Shown one piece after another: positions 44,644 through 57,159 of a DNA stretch of 64,000 nucleotides. Position numbers and translations under genes: made by a program. The notes beneath the pieces are model-generated. The model was given only the letters and a program-made list of their open reading frames with translations, was not told where the DNA came from and ran no database searches. Within the stretch, counting starts at the first letter, position 1. Each line of letters begins with the position of its first letter. Source of the DNA: Rhizophagus irregularis (lineage: Eukaryota). The stretch spans positions 1,612,001 through 1,676,000 of the forward strand of contig NC_089435.1 in assembly GCF_026210795.1 (NCBI RefSeq). The letters are read 5' to 3'.

Positions 44644-46155
44644 ATGTCAAAACTCAACAAAGACGTACTTTTCCTAATATTTGAAGAATTAAAATTTGAT
44701 AAAAAATCACTTTATTCATGTCTTTACGTTAATAGAACTTGGTGTGAAACAGTGGTACCTATTTTATGGAGAAATCCTGGTCAATATCTTACGACCATTA
44801 ATTCTTGTACATCAGTACCTATTTTATGGAAAATTCCTAGTCAATATCTTATATTATTTAATGTAATATTTTTACATTTATCAAAAGAATCAAAAGATAT
44901 TTTAAAGAAACAAGAAATTAATAATCTTATTACAGAAATATATCAACGACCTTTATTTAATTATATTAATTTCTGGAAATATTTAGATTTATTTCTTATA
45001 GAAAATATAATTTCTTCAAGTAAGATTGAGGAGTCTAAAAAGTTTGATATAAGAGACGAGATATTAAAATTATTTTTTAGTAGTAATGTGAAGTTTATTC
45101 ATCTTTCTATTCCACAAGATTATGATTTTCAATTACATCATATTCCAGGAGCTGAACGTTGTTTCTCGGAACTTGAATCCTTGTCTTTTTGTTGTGATTT
45201 TGGAAATTGTCAAAATATTTTGAATGGATTGGCTAGAATATGTAAATCGATTAGAAAATTTAGAGTTGATAATGTGCATTTCTGTACCAATAATTCTGGA
45301 ATCAATAAATTAATTGAAGTACAAAAGAAATTAAATAATGTTAGTTTCATTGGTCCTTATAAAGGTTCACGCGCTATAATAAACATAATAGAAGATGAAT
45401 CAATTTACAAATCTCTTGAAGAATCTTTAATTAAACATGTAGATACTATTCAATATTTGAGAATGGATTGGATACCTATTACAAGAATTCTTTCATACCT
45501 TGTAAACTTATTTCGATTAGAAATAAGTACATGTTTACCTTATCCTACAAACTGGAATGAATTAGATTATTTAAAGGATTTATCATTACCTAATTTAAAA
45601 ATTCTAATAACTCGACAAGTTCCAATCAAAATTACAGCAAATTTAATTGAAATTACAAAAGGACAACTAACAGAAATTAGTGTACTTTATAATGATGCTG
45701 ATAGTAAAAATCTTTTTAAAGCAATTTGTCAAAATTGTTCAAATCTTAAATATCTTAACTTATCATTATCTAATAATACTAATTTACTTACTTCAGAATT
45801 TGAAAATTTATTAATTAGTTGTCAACTTTTAAATAAATTAATTATTGATGTGGTAGATTTTGATATTATGTTTAATTGGGATAAATTATTATTAATATTA
45901 GCTAAATCATCACCAACTAGTTTATTTACGTTTGAATTTCATTCTGGGAGGATTAATTTGGAAGATATAATATTATTTTTTGATAATTGGACAAATAGGA
46001 ATCCTATGTTATTGGAAATAGATAGTGATAATTATTGTAATGAATTTGGTGATAAGAAGCAATTAGAAGATTTAATCGAAAAATATAAGGTAAAGGGAAT
46101 AATTAAAAAATGTTCTGTTCATTCTAATACTAGAAGTAGATGGTTATTTCTTTAA
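44644..46155 (+). CDS. F-box/LRR (RNI-like) protein, 503 aa
   Basis: Start placed at ATG 44644 (MSKLNKDVLF) by comparison with paralogues, not at the TTG start of the track; intact ORF. Confidence 0.88.
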   Translation: MSKLNKDVLFLIFEELKFDKKSLYSCLYVNRTWCETVVPILWRNPGQYLTTINSCTSVPILWKIPSQYLILFNVIFLHLSKESKDILKKQEINNLITEIYQRPLFNYINFWKYLDLFLIENIISSSKIEESKKFDIRDEILKLFFSSNVKFIHLSIPQDYDFQLHHIPGAERCFSELESLSFCCDFGNCQNILNGLARICKSIRKFRVDNVHFCTNNSGINKLIEVQKKLNNVSFIGPYKGSRAIINIIEDESIYKSLEESLIKHVDTIQYLRMDWIPITRILSYLVNLFRLEISTCLPYPTNWNELDYLKDLSLPNLKILITRQVPIKITANLIEITKGQLTEISVLYNDADSKNLFKAICQNCSNLKYLNLSLSNNTNLLTSEFENLLISCQLLNKLIIDVVDFDIMFNWDKLLLILAKSSPTSLFTFEFHSGRINLEDIILFFDNWTNRNPMLLEIDSDNYCNEFGDKKQLEDLIEKYKVKGIIKKCSVHSNTRSRWLFL

Positions 46156-49100
46156 TCCTAAAATAAATTATTTTTATGAGAAATCATGAATAAGAATATT
46201 ATTCCTATGTATATATTAACGTAAAATTTACTTTAATTAAATAAAGTTTGATATTGAAACATGATAATTTATTGTATAACATAAAGTTTCATTGGGAAAA
46301 TAATTCTTTTTTTTTATTATTATTATCGTTATTATTTCAAATATTACGATAAACATATAATGTTAAAAATATATAAAGTGCAACCGTATACATCGTTGGA
46401 AAAAATAAATTCTTTACTTCTTACAAAATGTTAAATGTTAAAATAAAATTTTTTCAATTAACGTAGTAAACTTGAAATTACTTTCGACTACAATAATATA
46501 GTCACGTCAAATCAGGACATATAATCATATTAATTATAGTTTTTCTTTTTTTGAATATGCGTAGAACTGCTTTTTTTTTGGCAAAATTAGGACTATTAGG
46601 AAATCATTGGACGTTTGGTTATAAATTTAGGAAAATAACTTTTGCCCTCAGCAAAACCACTGTCTGTCAGCATGATGTGAAGTAAAATTGATTATTGGGA
46701 ACTATAATTATAAAGTGGGAAGTTATTATCTAATGCAATGATTTCGCATTATATCTTTTTTTGGAGAAATTGTACGTACAGACTCCGGCGAAGATAGTGT
46801 CGGTCAATTTTTTTAATATAACACATAAACTTTATTATAAAGTTGTGGAATTTTTGGAGTCCAAAAATACACAAATTTTATTATTATTTAATTAATATTT
46901 GATTTAACCTTCATCTATCAACACATGCTTCAATTTGATTTATTTGCATTAATAACTTCGCTAACAATAACTATTATATTTTCAAAAAATTATTTTATTC
47001 CTTCCTAAATAAATTAAATAAATTGAGAAATGGCTCATTACATTTTTTTCCTCTTTTTTGTATTACCATTTTCTTAATATATTGCTTCAAAGGCAATCCA
47101 AAATTCTCATTAGGATTCGAAGTCTGAGCTTAAAAATGAACGAGAAAATCTTATTATTGAAAGAAAAATTTTCATACCACCTCAAACATCATAGGAAGTT
47201 GCTATTTTATATCTTCACCATAATAAAAAGCTCTCGAATAGTCTATAAAATTATTTAGTTACTCAAAAATATGCGTATTCTGTGAAATAATCAATCATTT
47301 TGACTAGCAGTATTTTTTTAAGGATAACTTTAGTGTAACATTTAGACATTTTTTCGTTTTTTGTAAGAGGGAGATAAATTGCTTATAGAAATGCAAAATA
47401 TTTCCAGTTCCCTAAAATTTTGTTTCAAGAAAAAATTAACAACTTTATAAATAGATTTAATCGTAGCGGTAGCCATTTTGAGTATGAAATTACATTTTTC
47501 TACTGCTTTTTAAATGAGTATTCCATTGCTCAATTTGATGTAATAAGCAATAATCTATTCGGGATAGTAATGAAGTTGTGACCAAATTAAGAAGCGGTAT
47601 TCTAACATCAATTCGCTGGGACTTTATTAAAGTTCCGTTAAAACATCGATATCACCAATCATCCAATAATATGTGAATTTTAGTTTTTGTAGGTATTATA
47701 ACCCAAACCCGACCATATCCCAAATCCAACTGAATAAATTTTACGACCGAAACTGTATTTTAAACTAATTTTAAGCGAACGCCTTAACCTCGTTCGATTT
47801 GGGTCATTCCAAACTGGATTGAGTTTGTGCTATGTTAGTAAACATTATTGATGCTAAATTTAATGAATTATAAGGTATGGTCTGTTCCAATTCTGGAACA
47901 GATTTGAAGCTTGGAACCGGTTTAAATTAGAAAGAATCATCATCGAGTTTGTTTGACAAAAAAAATTTTATTTAACCGATCAGCATCACACATTCTATCT
48001 TTAACTTTATGCATTTATTTTATAAGAAACGCAGAACCGAAAACATATCGTGACCATCCCTATTAAGAATAAATGAAGCAAATATAATTATCAAATAATA
48101 AAGTAAAGAATGTCCAAAAATTATATGCATATTATATGACGCATGTAAATTTCAAATACATTTATTAATTCTTACATGATTTAATTAATGTTTATTATGC
48201 CTGAGTTGACCTGGGTTAATTGACCCGAATTTCTAATCAGACGACCCGTGACCCACATGAACTTGATAAAACCGTCGAGTCGGATCATGACCCTGAGACC
48301 CGAATATTTTTATTGTATTTTTTAATTAAAAATTTTATATTAGACCCGGGTTACCTGTGATCGAGTCGGGTTCTAATATACACTATAAATTTGAATAAAT
48401 AATCACATTAATGTTTTTTTTATTTTTATTTTATTTTATTTTGTTTTGTTTTACTGTAAAGTAATAAATACTAGATTCCAGATTTTCGTAATATTCATTT
48501 ATAATAAGAACATTTTTAGTCAACAATAAACTTAAAAATATTAATAAATAATAAAAAAAAAAATTTTGGTTAGTACATTTACCGTTTAATTTGTTACATA
48601 AAAAATATAACGTAATCATTTAATCATTTCGTGTGAAAAAAAAAATTTTTTATCCGAAAATGATTTTCAGAATATATAATGTAAAATTTATATTATTTAC
48701 TAAAGTATCTAACTTAAGCTTTTCCATTTTAAGTTAAAATATTGTGTAAATCAGGGATGTGTACCGGATGTTATCGCCGTTTTTAGAATTGTGCTACCCA
48801 CGCAAATTTACCGAAAATTACCAAATTACATGACGAAAAAAAAAAAATTAAGTGGACGATTTCGTCCGGATTCCTGAGCAATTATTGAATAATTATCAGA
48901 TGATAAACGGAAAGTTATTGGATATTAAAAATTTTAGTATAACAAAATATAACACAATCCCGAAATCCGATAAATGGTAAACTGCGATAAATTATTTTAT
49001 TTTTAAATTAACTGCGAATAAATTAAATTTAATTTAATAACTACATTAAATTAAATTAAATTTAAACATGTGATTTCTCTTAAGAAATAATTTTACAGTT

Positions 49101-49300
49101 TTTTTGTAACATAGTCTAATTATTTCATACTGATCTTCATGCATCATGTATGTTCATTATGTTTTCACGATGATGATACGTGATGTTTGTTACACGAATA
49201 CGCCGCCCGCATTAAATATGTAAAACAAAGTTAAAATTTTTCTTCGGTCTTTTTTTTTTTATTTATTTATTTTTATTTTTTTTTTAAAAAAAAAAAAAAA

Positions 49301-50791
49301 ATGTTGGGAATCAACAAAGATATACTTTTCTTAATAATAGATGAATTGAAAGATGATAGAAAATCCCTTTATTCATGCCTTTTGGTTAATAGAATTTGGT
49401 GTGAAATGACTGTACCAATATTATGGAAAATTCTTGGAAGATATACGTTAACCGAAAATGCAAAATTTATGTTATTTGATGTAATACTTTCACATTTACC
49501 AGAAGAATCAAAAGATATTTTAAAGAATCAAGGAATTGATATTTTTTCTGAAGAATATAAACGACCTTTATTTAATTATATTAGTTTCTGGAGATATTTA
49601 GATTTATTTCTTTTAGAAAGTATGATCGTTTCTAAAAGGGATATTAATAAATCTGATATAGCTATTATAAGAAAAGAAGTATTAAATTTATTTGTTAATG
49701 CAAATACAAAATTTGTTTATATTGATATTCCAGAACATTTTTATTATCAATTACACAGTATTTCAGGCTCTGAACAGTGTTTTTCAAAACTTGAATGTCT
49801 TCATTGTGATGATAAAACCAATCAAAATATTTTAAAAGGATTGGCTAGAATTTGTAAATCTATTAGAAAATTGAAATTTTATATTATGCAATATGATAAT
49901 AGTGATAATTCTGGAATCGTTAAATTAATTGAAGCTCAAAAGAATTTAAATGAAGTATATTTTGTCTGTTTTACTAATAAGAGAAATGAATCATATCGTA
50001 AAACTTTAGAAGAAACTTTAATTAAGAATGCAGATACCATCAAATATTTAAGAATTGGTTGGAATCCTACTACAAAAATTCTTTCACATCTTGTAAATTT
50101 AATAAGTTTAGATATAAGCGTTAGTTTATCAATCGTGACAAATTGGAGTAATTTAGAAAGAGTATCTTTACCTTTTTTAAAAATTTTAAGAGCTCAATTG
50201 GTTCCATCTAAAATTTTAACAAGTTTAATTGAAAACACAAAAGGTCATCTTACTGAAATTAGTATACTTTATGAAGGTGATGATAATAGAAGACTTATTC
50301 AAGCAATTTATCAAAATTGTCCTAATCTTATATATTTAAAATTATTATTTAATAATAATAATATTTTAGAATTAGAAGAATTATTAACTAAATGTCAATA
50401 TTTGAGTGGGTTGGTTATTTTTACTGATGAATTGAATGAACCTGATTGGAATGATTTATTTGAGATTTTGGCTAAATCTTCACCAATTGGTTTGTTTAGA
50501 TTTAAATTCTCTTCTATTTGGTCACTTAAATTATTAGAATCTTTAAAATTACTTTTTGATAATTGGAAAGGTAGACATCCTATATTATTACAAACAATTC
50601 CAATTGATAAATATTATACAAATATAGAAGCAGAGTTACAATTACAATTGCAGAAGCAAACAGAAGATTTAATTAAAATATATAAAATGAAAGGAATAAT
50701 TAAAAAATATGATACTGATTTAAATGAAGCCATTTTTGAAGAATTTGAATGGATTCAGAAGAAATCTGTCGCTTATTTAATGGGAAGTTAA
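49301..50791 (+). CDS. F-box/LRR (RNI-like) protein, 496 aa
   Basis: Intact ORF; SLYSCLLVNRIWCEMTVPILW, RPLFNYISFWRYLD, YQNCPNLIYL, DNWKGR. Confidence 0.88.
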   Translation: MLGINKDILFLIIDELKDDRKSLYSCLLVNRIWCEMTVPILWKILGRYTLTENAKFMLFDVILSHLPEESKDILKNQGIDIFSEEYKRPLFNYISFWRYLDLFLLESMIVSKRDINKSDIAIIRKEVLNLFVNANTKFVYIDIPEHFYYQLHSISGSEQCFSKLECLHCDDKTNQNILKGLARICKSIRKLKFYIMQYDNSDNSGIVKLIEAQKNLNEVYFVCFTNKRNESYRKTLEETLIKNADTIKYLRIGWNPTTKILSHLVNLISLDISVSLSIVTNWSNLERVSLPFLKILRAQLVPSKILTSLIENTKGHLTEISILYEGDDNRRLIQAIYQNCPNLIYLKLLFNNNNILELEELLTKCQYLSGLVIFTDELNEPDWNDLFEILAKSSPIGLFRFKFSSIWSLKLLESLKLLFDNWKGRHPILLQTIPIDKYYTNIEAELQLQLQKQTEDLIKIYKMKGIIKKYDTDLNEAIFEEFEWIQKKSVAYLMGS

Positions 50792-51828
50792 ATTATTAAT
50801 AATTATTTTTTTATTTTCTTTGTAAAAAAAAAAAGGAATATGTTTTATATATATATATATACTTTTTTTATTATTTGTTTTTTTATTATGTATGTTTATT
50901 GTATTGTAGATTTTATTTAATAAGAATTTTATTATTTTTTTTTTCTTAGTTATAGAAATTTTGTATACTGTATTTTTTTTGTATTCAATTCATATTCAAT
51001 CTTGTTATTAAATAAAGTTATTACACTCACTATAACGTTTTAGTTTATTTAATATACCATGGAGGAGGTCGTGATACGGTTTAAAAACTACTGGTTCACT
51101 AACATTTCCAGTGAATAAAATCATCTAAATTGAATAGTTGATATTCTGAGATCATATTCAAAAGTAAGGATCGGAAAAAAGCACGTACGAAACTATGTAT
51201 CATAGAAAATGTTGTATCGTAGCAATTAAAACGCGATTATAAATTATTACCATTGTGAGTTAGTTATATATATTCATTTAAAGAATATTTCTTATTTATA
51301 ATCAATATAATATGTTTTATTATTCCTGGTTGATTGCTCGTCCGGTAATTTCATACATCATGACGATAAATAGGTTAATCTAATAAGAATTTTTTCTAAA
51401 ACTGAGTTTGTTTTTGCATCATTTTCAAGAAGACGACTTCATTATGGAAGAACTTCATCAATGAGTCGATACGAGGTTTGAAATCTGCATAATTATTATT
51501 ATTCTTCTTACGTGAAAAAAATTATAATTTTCATCATACAACATTAAGTATTCATTGCAAATATTAACGTTAATTAAATTTACGACTTTATTGATACACT
51601 AAATATTAATACAATGGTTTTCTAAAGAAATAAAAATTCTTTATTACTCCAATTAGGTTTCAATCAAAACCAAGTTCAAACTCCCTCAATCTCCAATATG
51701 TTTTATACATGATGCTAAATAATCTTTCTAAAATATGTCATTATTTGGGATATGTAATCAATTTTTTCAATTTATCTCTACAATTAAGGGCAAAATGGTA
51801 AACCGAATAATAAAATTATTAAAATGTT

Positions 51829-52005
51829 TACAAATATTAGATAAACTCCTCCAAGGTTTTCATCAAAACTACAAGGTCGAATTAGGTTAAGATTAAGATC
51901 GTAAACATATTATTAATAAATTCAAAAAAATAAATACAAATATTAGATAAGTTCCTCAAAGGTTTTCGTCAAATTCACAAGGTCGATAATTAAACCTTAA
52001 GATCG
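51829..52005. repeat. Diverged two-copy tandem duplication, ~106-bp period
   Basis: TACAAATATTAGATAA...AAGGTTTT...ACAAGGTCGA at ~51829 and ~51935. Confidence 0.65.
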
Positions 52006-54545
52006 ATCTGAAATACTAGTAAAAGTATCTTAAAAAAATATTAATGATTAATTTTACTGCTTCGTTTCAAAGCAATGTTCAAGAATAATATATGTTATAA
52101 TTCATTACAAAGAAACTAACCGATTTATAAAGTTTCAAGTTTTCCAAACGTTCTGATTTTGATTGTAAGTTTAAATAAATGGTTTGATCAAAATTCCAAG
52201 GAATGAGTTGTTTTTTCTTTCATATCACTATTACTTTAAGATGTATTCTCATTAAAGCGTTATTATTTGATATAAAAGCTTGATATAAACCTATTCAATT
52301 CACGAATAACAGTTAGATTATGGTAAATAATATTGATTCAATAATATCAATCGCAAAATAAATATACCTTAGGTTAAAAATTCTATCCAATTCCGATCTC
52401 GTTAAATTTTTGCGTTCGGCTTCTGCATCAAACGTACATTTAAACACAAGTTAGAAATATTTGACAAGTCAATGGTCAAATTCTTGTCACACAGTTACAG
52501 TATGTGTTACGTAACATTGATTAAGTTGATTAAGTTTTTGCGCATTTCACTTGTTCCTTCGTACATTTTCAATATCTTCTTGATCGAATTCTCATATAAT
52601 TTTCCATCAGGATCTTAATTATTTGAAGTGTTTCCTGCAAGATTACATTTGGTGTTGCTAATACATCCCACATTGCTCAAAGGAATTAATGAATAATTTC
52701 AGCTTCATTAACGCAAGAGAATAAAGTATTTTTTGGAATCTAAATAATAAAGTAAAGGGATAAAAAGTATATATCAATATCATAAATAAACAATCTTATA
52801 TCTTAAAGAATAATACCACATTGATTTTATAAAGAATCTCTCTCGCGGTTGATCCTTCTTTCTTCTTTTTTAATGTTTTCTTACCCTCCACCCTTTTTTA
52901 ACAAACAATAATAATATAGTTAACTTACATGTGTTGCTGCTACACATTTAAATTTGACGGTCTCAGAAGTTTGAATATCGAATATGTAAAACCTATTCTA
53001 CTCCTTCTCATTCTCTAACAAAGCTCATCTTAAATACAAATACGATGAGACTTGCATTTCTCGAATAACCCCGGACATTAACAACTTAAACTGCATCAAT
53101 AGCTTCTTGATGTTCTCCTTTTGAATATCACAAACTGATTCGAGCTAGAGCTTGATGTGGTTATTAGAATCTATGATCAATAATCCGCCGATAAAAATTT
53201 TTTAACCTAAAAAATGATCACTGACAAATTTCAAAAAAATATTTACCAGTATCATTAATTCTTTTCAAGTATTCTAAATTTCAATTCATATTCAGCTCAA
53301 AAATTCCTCGTAGATATTGTAATCACAAAATTATCCAAAAGTCCAATAAATTTACTGGTTTATCACGTCTAGATACTTTCGGCATCTAAAAAAAAATCAA
53401 ATATTAATTTGTTAATTACTGGTAAGTTTACGAATCCGATTATCAACTAAAAAGAAGAAAAAAGATATTGATTACGTTATTGTTCGAGTTATAAGTCTAA
53501 CTACCTTTGAAAATTGTTCGATGAACTGCCTGAAAATCTATAATTAATTATAATTCATTTTGAAACGTTAAAGCCAATAAATAAATGAGACTTGATAAAC
53601 GAAAATAACTTACAAAATAATAATTATTAATGTTAAATAATTCTCGATATCTTCCATCAAAATGTGTTGATGCCTAAAAAAAAATAAGAAAAAAAATGGA
53701 ATAAAATAAAAAATCGATATTAAACATAACTATTAATAGCCCAACTTCATTCATAATTACGACAGAATAGACGAAAAGAAAATAAAAATCCACGCTGAGC
53801 ATCAACTTTTTACGAGCCTATAGCATGGCGATAATAGTAAGCTCCAAATTACCTGGCAGGAAACAGTTATACCAGCTAAACATTCATATAAAGATAACAA
53901 AAAAATGGTTAAATCGAGAGAAGGAATTGATAATTACTTTGAAAAATAACAACGTGCCTAAATATATTAAATTTACCTTATTAAAATAGTTTACGTTTGT
54001 GTAAATTTTTTTTTTTTACGCTAAGCTTGTAAGCCAATTTATTAAAGTAATAAAGTAAAACTATTGATACAAAAAATTACAAACTAAAAAGAACCCTATT
54101 TACCATAATAAGCTACCCAGAAAGACGAACCCAGCCTTGCCAGAAGCTTTCACCCATGCTACCGCCAACTTTACATAAATTATTATTATGACACATTCTT
54201 GTTTTTTTTGTTGTAAAATGTATTGGAGTGATATAGTACATGATCGGCGATCTTGTGAATTTTTATAATAGTAGGTTAATACATGTATCTTCCATGGACT
54301 CGCATTCGTGACTCAAGTGCACGTGATTGGTAATGCCGACCAGAACTATAGTAATGTTACCGTTAGAGAGAAAATCGAAGAACATAATTTACTTTTCGAT
54401 TGTTATAGATCCGTGTTATCCAATATAAGCAATAACAATACAGAAATAACGTGTAGATCCTTCCTTTTTTGATAATGCTAGGCGGAATTATGTAATATTG
54501 GCCCCGAAGAGACGCGTAGATATTGCTCGGGGCATCCTTAACGTA

Positions 54546-54666
54546 CAGTAAGGGTGTACAATATTAACGTACAAACTGGCCCGAGTTTAGGAGTTATGCA
54601 CTTGCACGTGATAGCGTTAACGTTAATTCTGGCCAGTTCGTACATTAATATCGTATACCCCCACTG
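54546..54666. mobile_element. ~120-bp MITE, same family as 43900 and 24770
   Basis: TA|CAGTAAGGGTGTACAATATTAACGTAC...GTACATTAATATCGTATACCCCCACTG|TA. Confidence 0.8.
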
Positions 54667-55531
54667 TACATTAAGGAATCCCTGGGTCCTATTAAAGTGG
54701 TATAAGAATTTAATAAATTTAATTAAAATAATACATAAAACTAGATTTCAGTTCTCAAAAAAAAAATGATTGCTGTTTATTGTATACTATGATCACTTTG
54801 TGAATAAAGTGAAATAAGGATGTGATAAAATATATGTATAAACTAGTGCTTCGATCCGGATTGATCCGTTGATTATGTATGGCATTATAGGAAAATCCGA
54901 AATGTTACAATTATTTAGTGCTACTAGTACATTGTTTTAACTTTAACTCTTATTGTAATGCTAACTACTAATTTTATTTACTTCTTATAATTTTATTGTG
55001 ATACTAATGCTAATTTACTAATTCTAATTTTGTAATACTGACAGTTAACTACTAATTTTATTTACTTTTGTAACACTAATTTTTTGTAATGCTTGTTTCG
55101 TAATGCTAATACTAATTTTATTTTTTTTTTATAATGCTTATTTACTAACTAACTTTATAGTACTACTGATGCTAATGATTTAACATTTACTAATTAAACA
55201 AAGCTAAATTTTCCTAGTATATATAGAAATTTGAATTACAAATAAGTGTTGTGGTTTTACTTGTCCTTAATTTTACACTTTTATTAATAATGCTTATAAT
55301 TTTTTATTTTTATTTTTATTTTTTTTGGGGGTAAAAGGAATATCTTTATTATTCGTATGACAGAGAACATACAGACAAGCACTTCAGTATTTACTTTGTT
55401 AAACAGTTCAGACTACCCACTCAGTCATGTTTGATTTTCTTGGTTCCGATTGGGCAAGATTTTTTTTTTTGTAAATTAGAGAAATCAAAAATTTTTTGCT
55501 AGCTAAAAGAAAAGTAGCGGAAGGAACCAGT

Positions 55532-55652
55532 AAAAGAAAAAGTTTAACTTTTGCAGAAAAAAAAAAGAATTATGCGAGTGGAAAAGGGATAATCCATCAT
55601 ATAATCAGGAAGATCTTGCTAAAAAATTTGGTATATCAAAGCCACAAGTTCA
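55532..55652 (+). pseudogene. CENP-B/pogo-type N-terminal HTH remnant (transposase fragment)
   Basis: KRKSLTFAEKK, frameshift in the A-run, then ELCEWKRDNPSYNQEDLAKKFGISKPQV. Confidence 0.7.
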
Positions 55653-56206
55653 ATAATGGAGAATGGGATAACGCAACAGGAGGTAAGCATAATTAAATAT
55701 TTGATATTTTGTTTTTATATCTAAAGATAATACAAAGTTAAATTATTCGTTTTTATTAAAAAGATTTTATTAAACAGTAAACAAACAAAAAATAAACCAT
55801 TGCGTTTGGTGAATACCACGCACCTCCCGCTTTACATCACCTTCGTTCTATACGACGAAGCCATTACCTGCTACATGTCATAACGAACCCATAAATAATA
55901 AATAAAGAATAATAAAGAAAAACGGACCATAGAGCTAAAACCTTTTACCTATGTGAAACAAAAAAATAATACACCACCAAGGTATATTTCAACTAGTGTA
56001 TGTAAATAAAATAATAGTTAATATAATATATTGTATTATTCATATTTGTAAATTTGAAATATAATGAATTTTAATCATTGCATAATACTTGACAATTATC
56101 GATTATTACATTAACATACATGATAACATTGATTACATGGATGGTATAATGATCGTAAAGTCATGTCAAAAAAATTGGCCTTGACAGTAAAGTTGGTCAG
56201 TATGAA

Positions 56207-56865
56207 AGGACCCCGAACAATACTAATATAGGTAGGAGCTGAAGATGCGTCGTCATCTTAGTAGCTCTCAATATGTTAGAATTTGGGAATGCGTACAATC
56301 ATCAAAAAATTTTGATAAGGTTAGAATTTGATTTTGCGTAATTTTGATTGGATTTTAGGATGGTAAGATTTATTTTTGGTATATTTTTGGAAATAAGTAA
56401 TAATAATTAATTTTATTTAACGATCATCTTAAAATAAATTTTTTTTTTTTTCGAAAAAAATCTTTTCTGTATTGCATACATAATGTTTCATTGGAAATAT
56501 GGTAAAGAGTGATTGGCTAACATAAATACGTTACTCATATTGTTAATGCAAAAAAAGTAGTATGTATATGTGGGAAAGGAATCAAATTAAACCACAGGTA
56601 TGAAGAAGATTATTTAAATAGACATGTAGCATGTTCAGGATGTAAAGCAGACGAAGACAGAGAACAATTTGATACAACTAATAAAAGAGCCAATTAAAAT
56701 TTTAAAAACTGACTTGAAGTTAGAGGATTAAAATGCGTATTTTGTAAAAATTTCAGGGGTTAGGAGCTATAAATGCGTACTGATCATAGTCAAAAGTGCT
56801 GCGTACAGCTAATAGTAAAATTTTTTTTTCTGGACCTTACCTATATCAGTATTGTTTGGGGTCCT
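56207..56865. mobile_element. 659-bp non-autonomous DNA transposon with 8-bp TSD
   Basis: TIR AGGACCCCGAACAATACTAATATAGGTA / TACCTATATCAGTATTGTTTGGGGTCCT; TSD AGTATGAA (56199-56206 and 56866-56873); internal zinc-finger-like remnant CICGKGIKLNHRYEEDYLNRHVACSGC. Confidence 0.85.
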
Positions 56866-57159
56866 AGTATGAATAGCAAAATGTATGGTTTTATATGTAA
56901 ATTGAAACAATCTCTGAGTTAATATAAACAAACATGACTCATCATGAGCAAAAAATGAACCATTTTCTCCGAATGCTGCCATCGTACTTTACCAAAACCT
57001 AACCAATACTTTAAAGCATAAATTAAGGGTGCATTTTTCGTAGTTTGACTAATATAAAATGATAGCGTTTTATCTTTTTCATTAGGGAAAAAACCATCTG
57101 CTTCGATAAGGTTTTTTTTAAATAAATTAACTCTTCCAAAAAGCCTCTTAAACTAAGAA

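Noticed and set aside
48200..48375. GACCCG/CGGGT motif cluster as a DNA-transposon end
   Set aside because: No matching TIR pair or TSD could be defined.
52380..54200. Possible decayed multi-exon gene and LINE 3' UTR-like fragments
   Set aside because: Coding-like patches have no recognisable motif or consistent frame.
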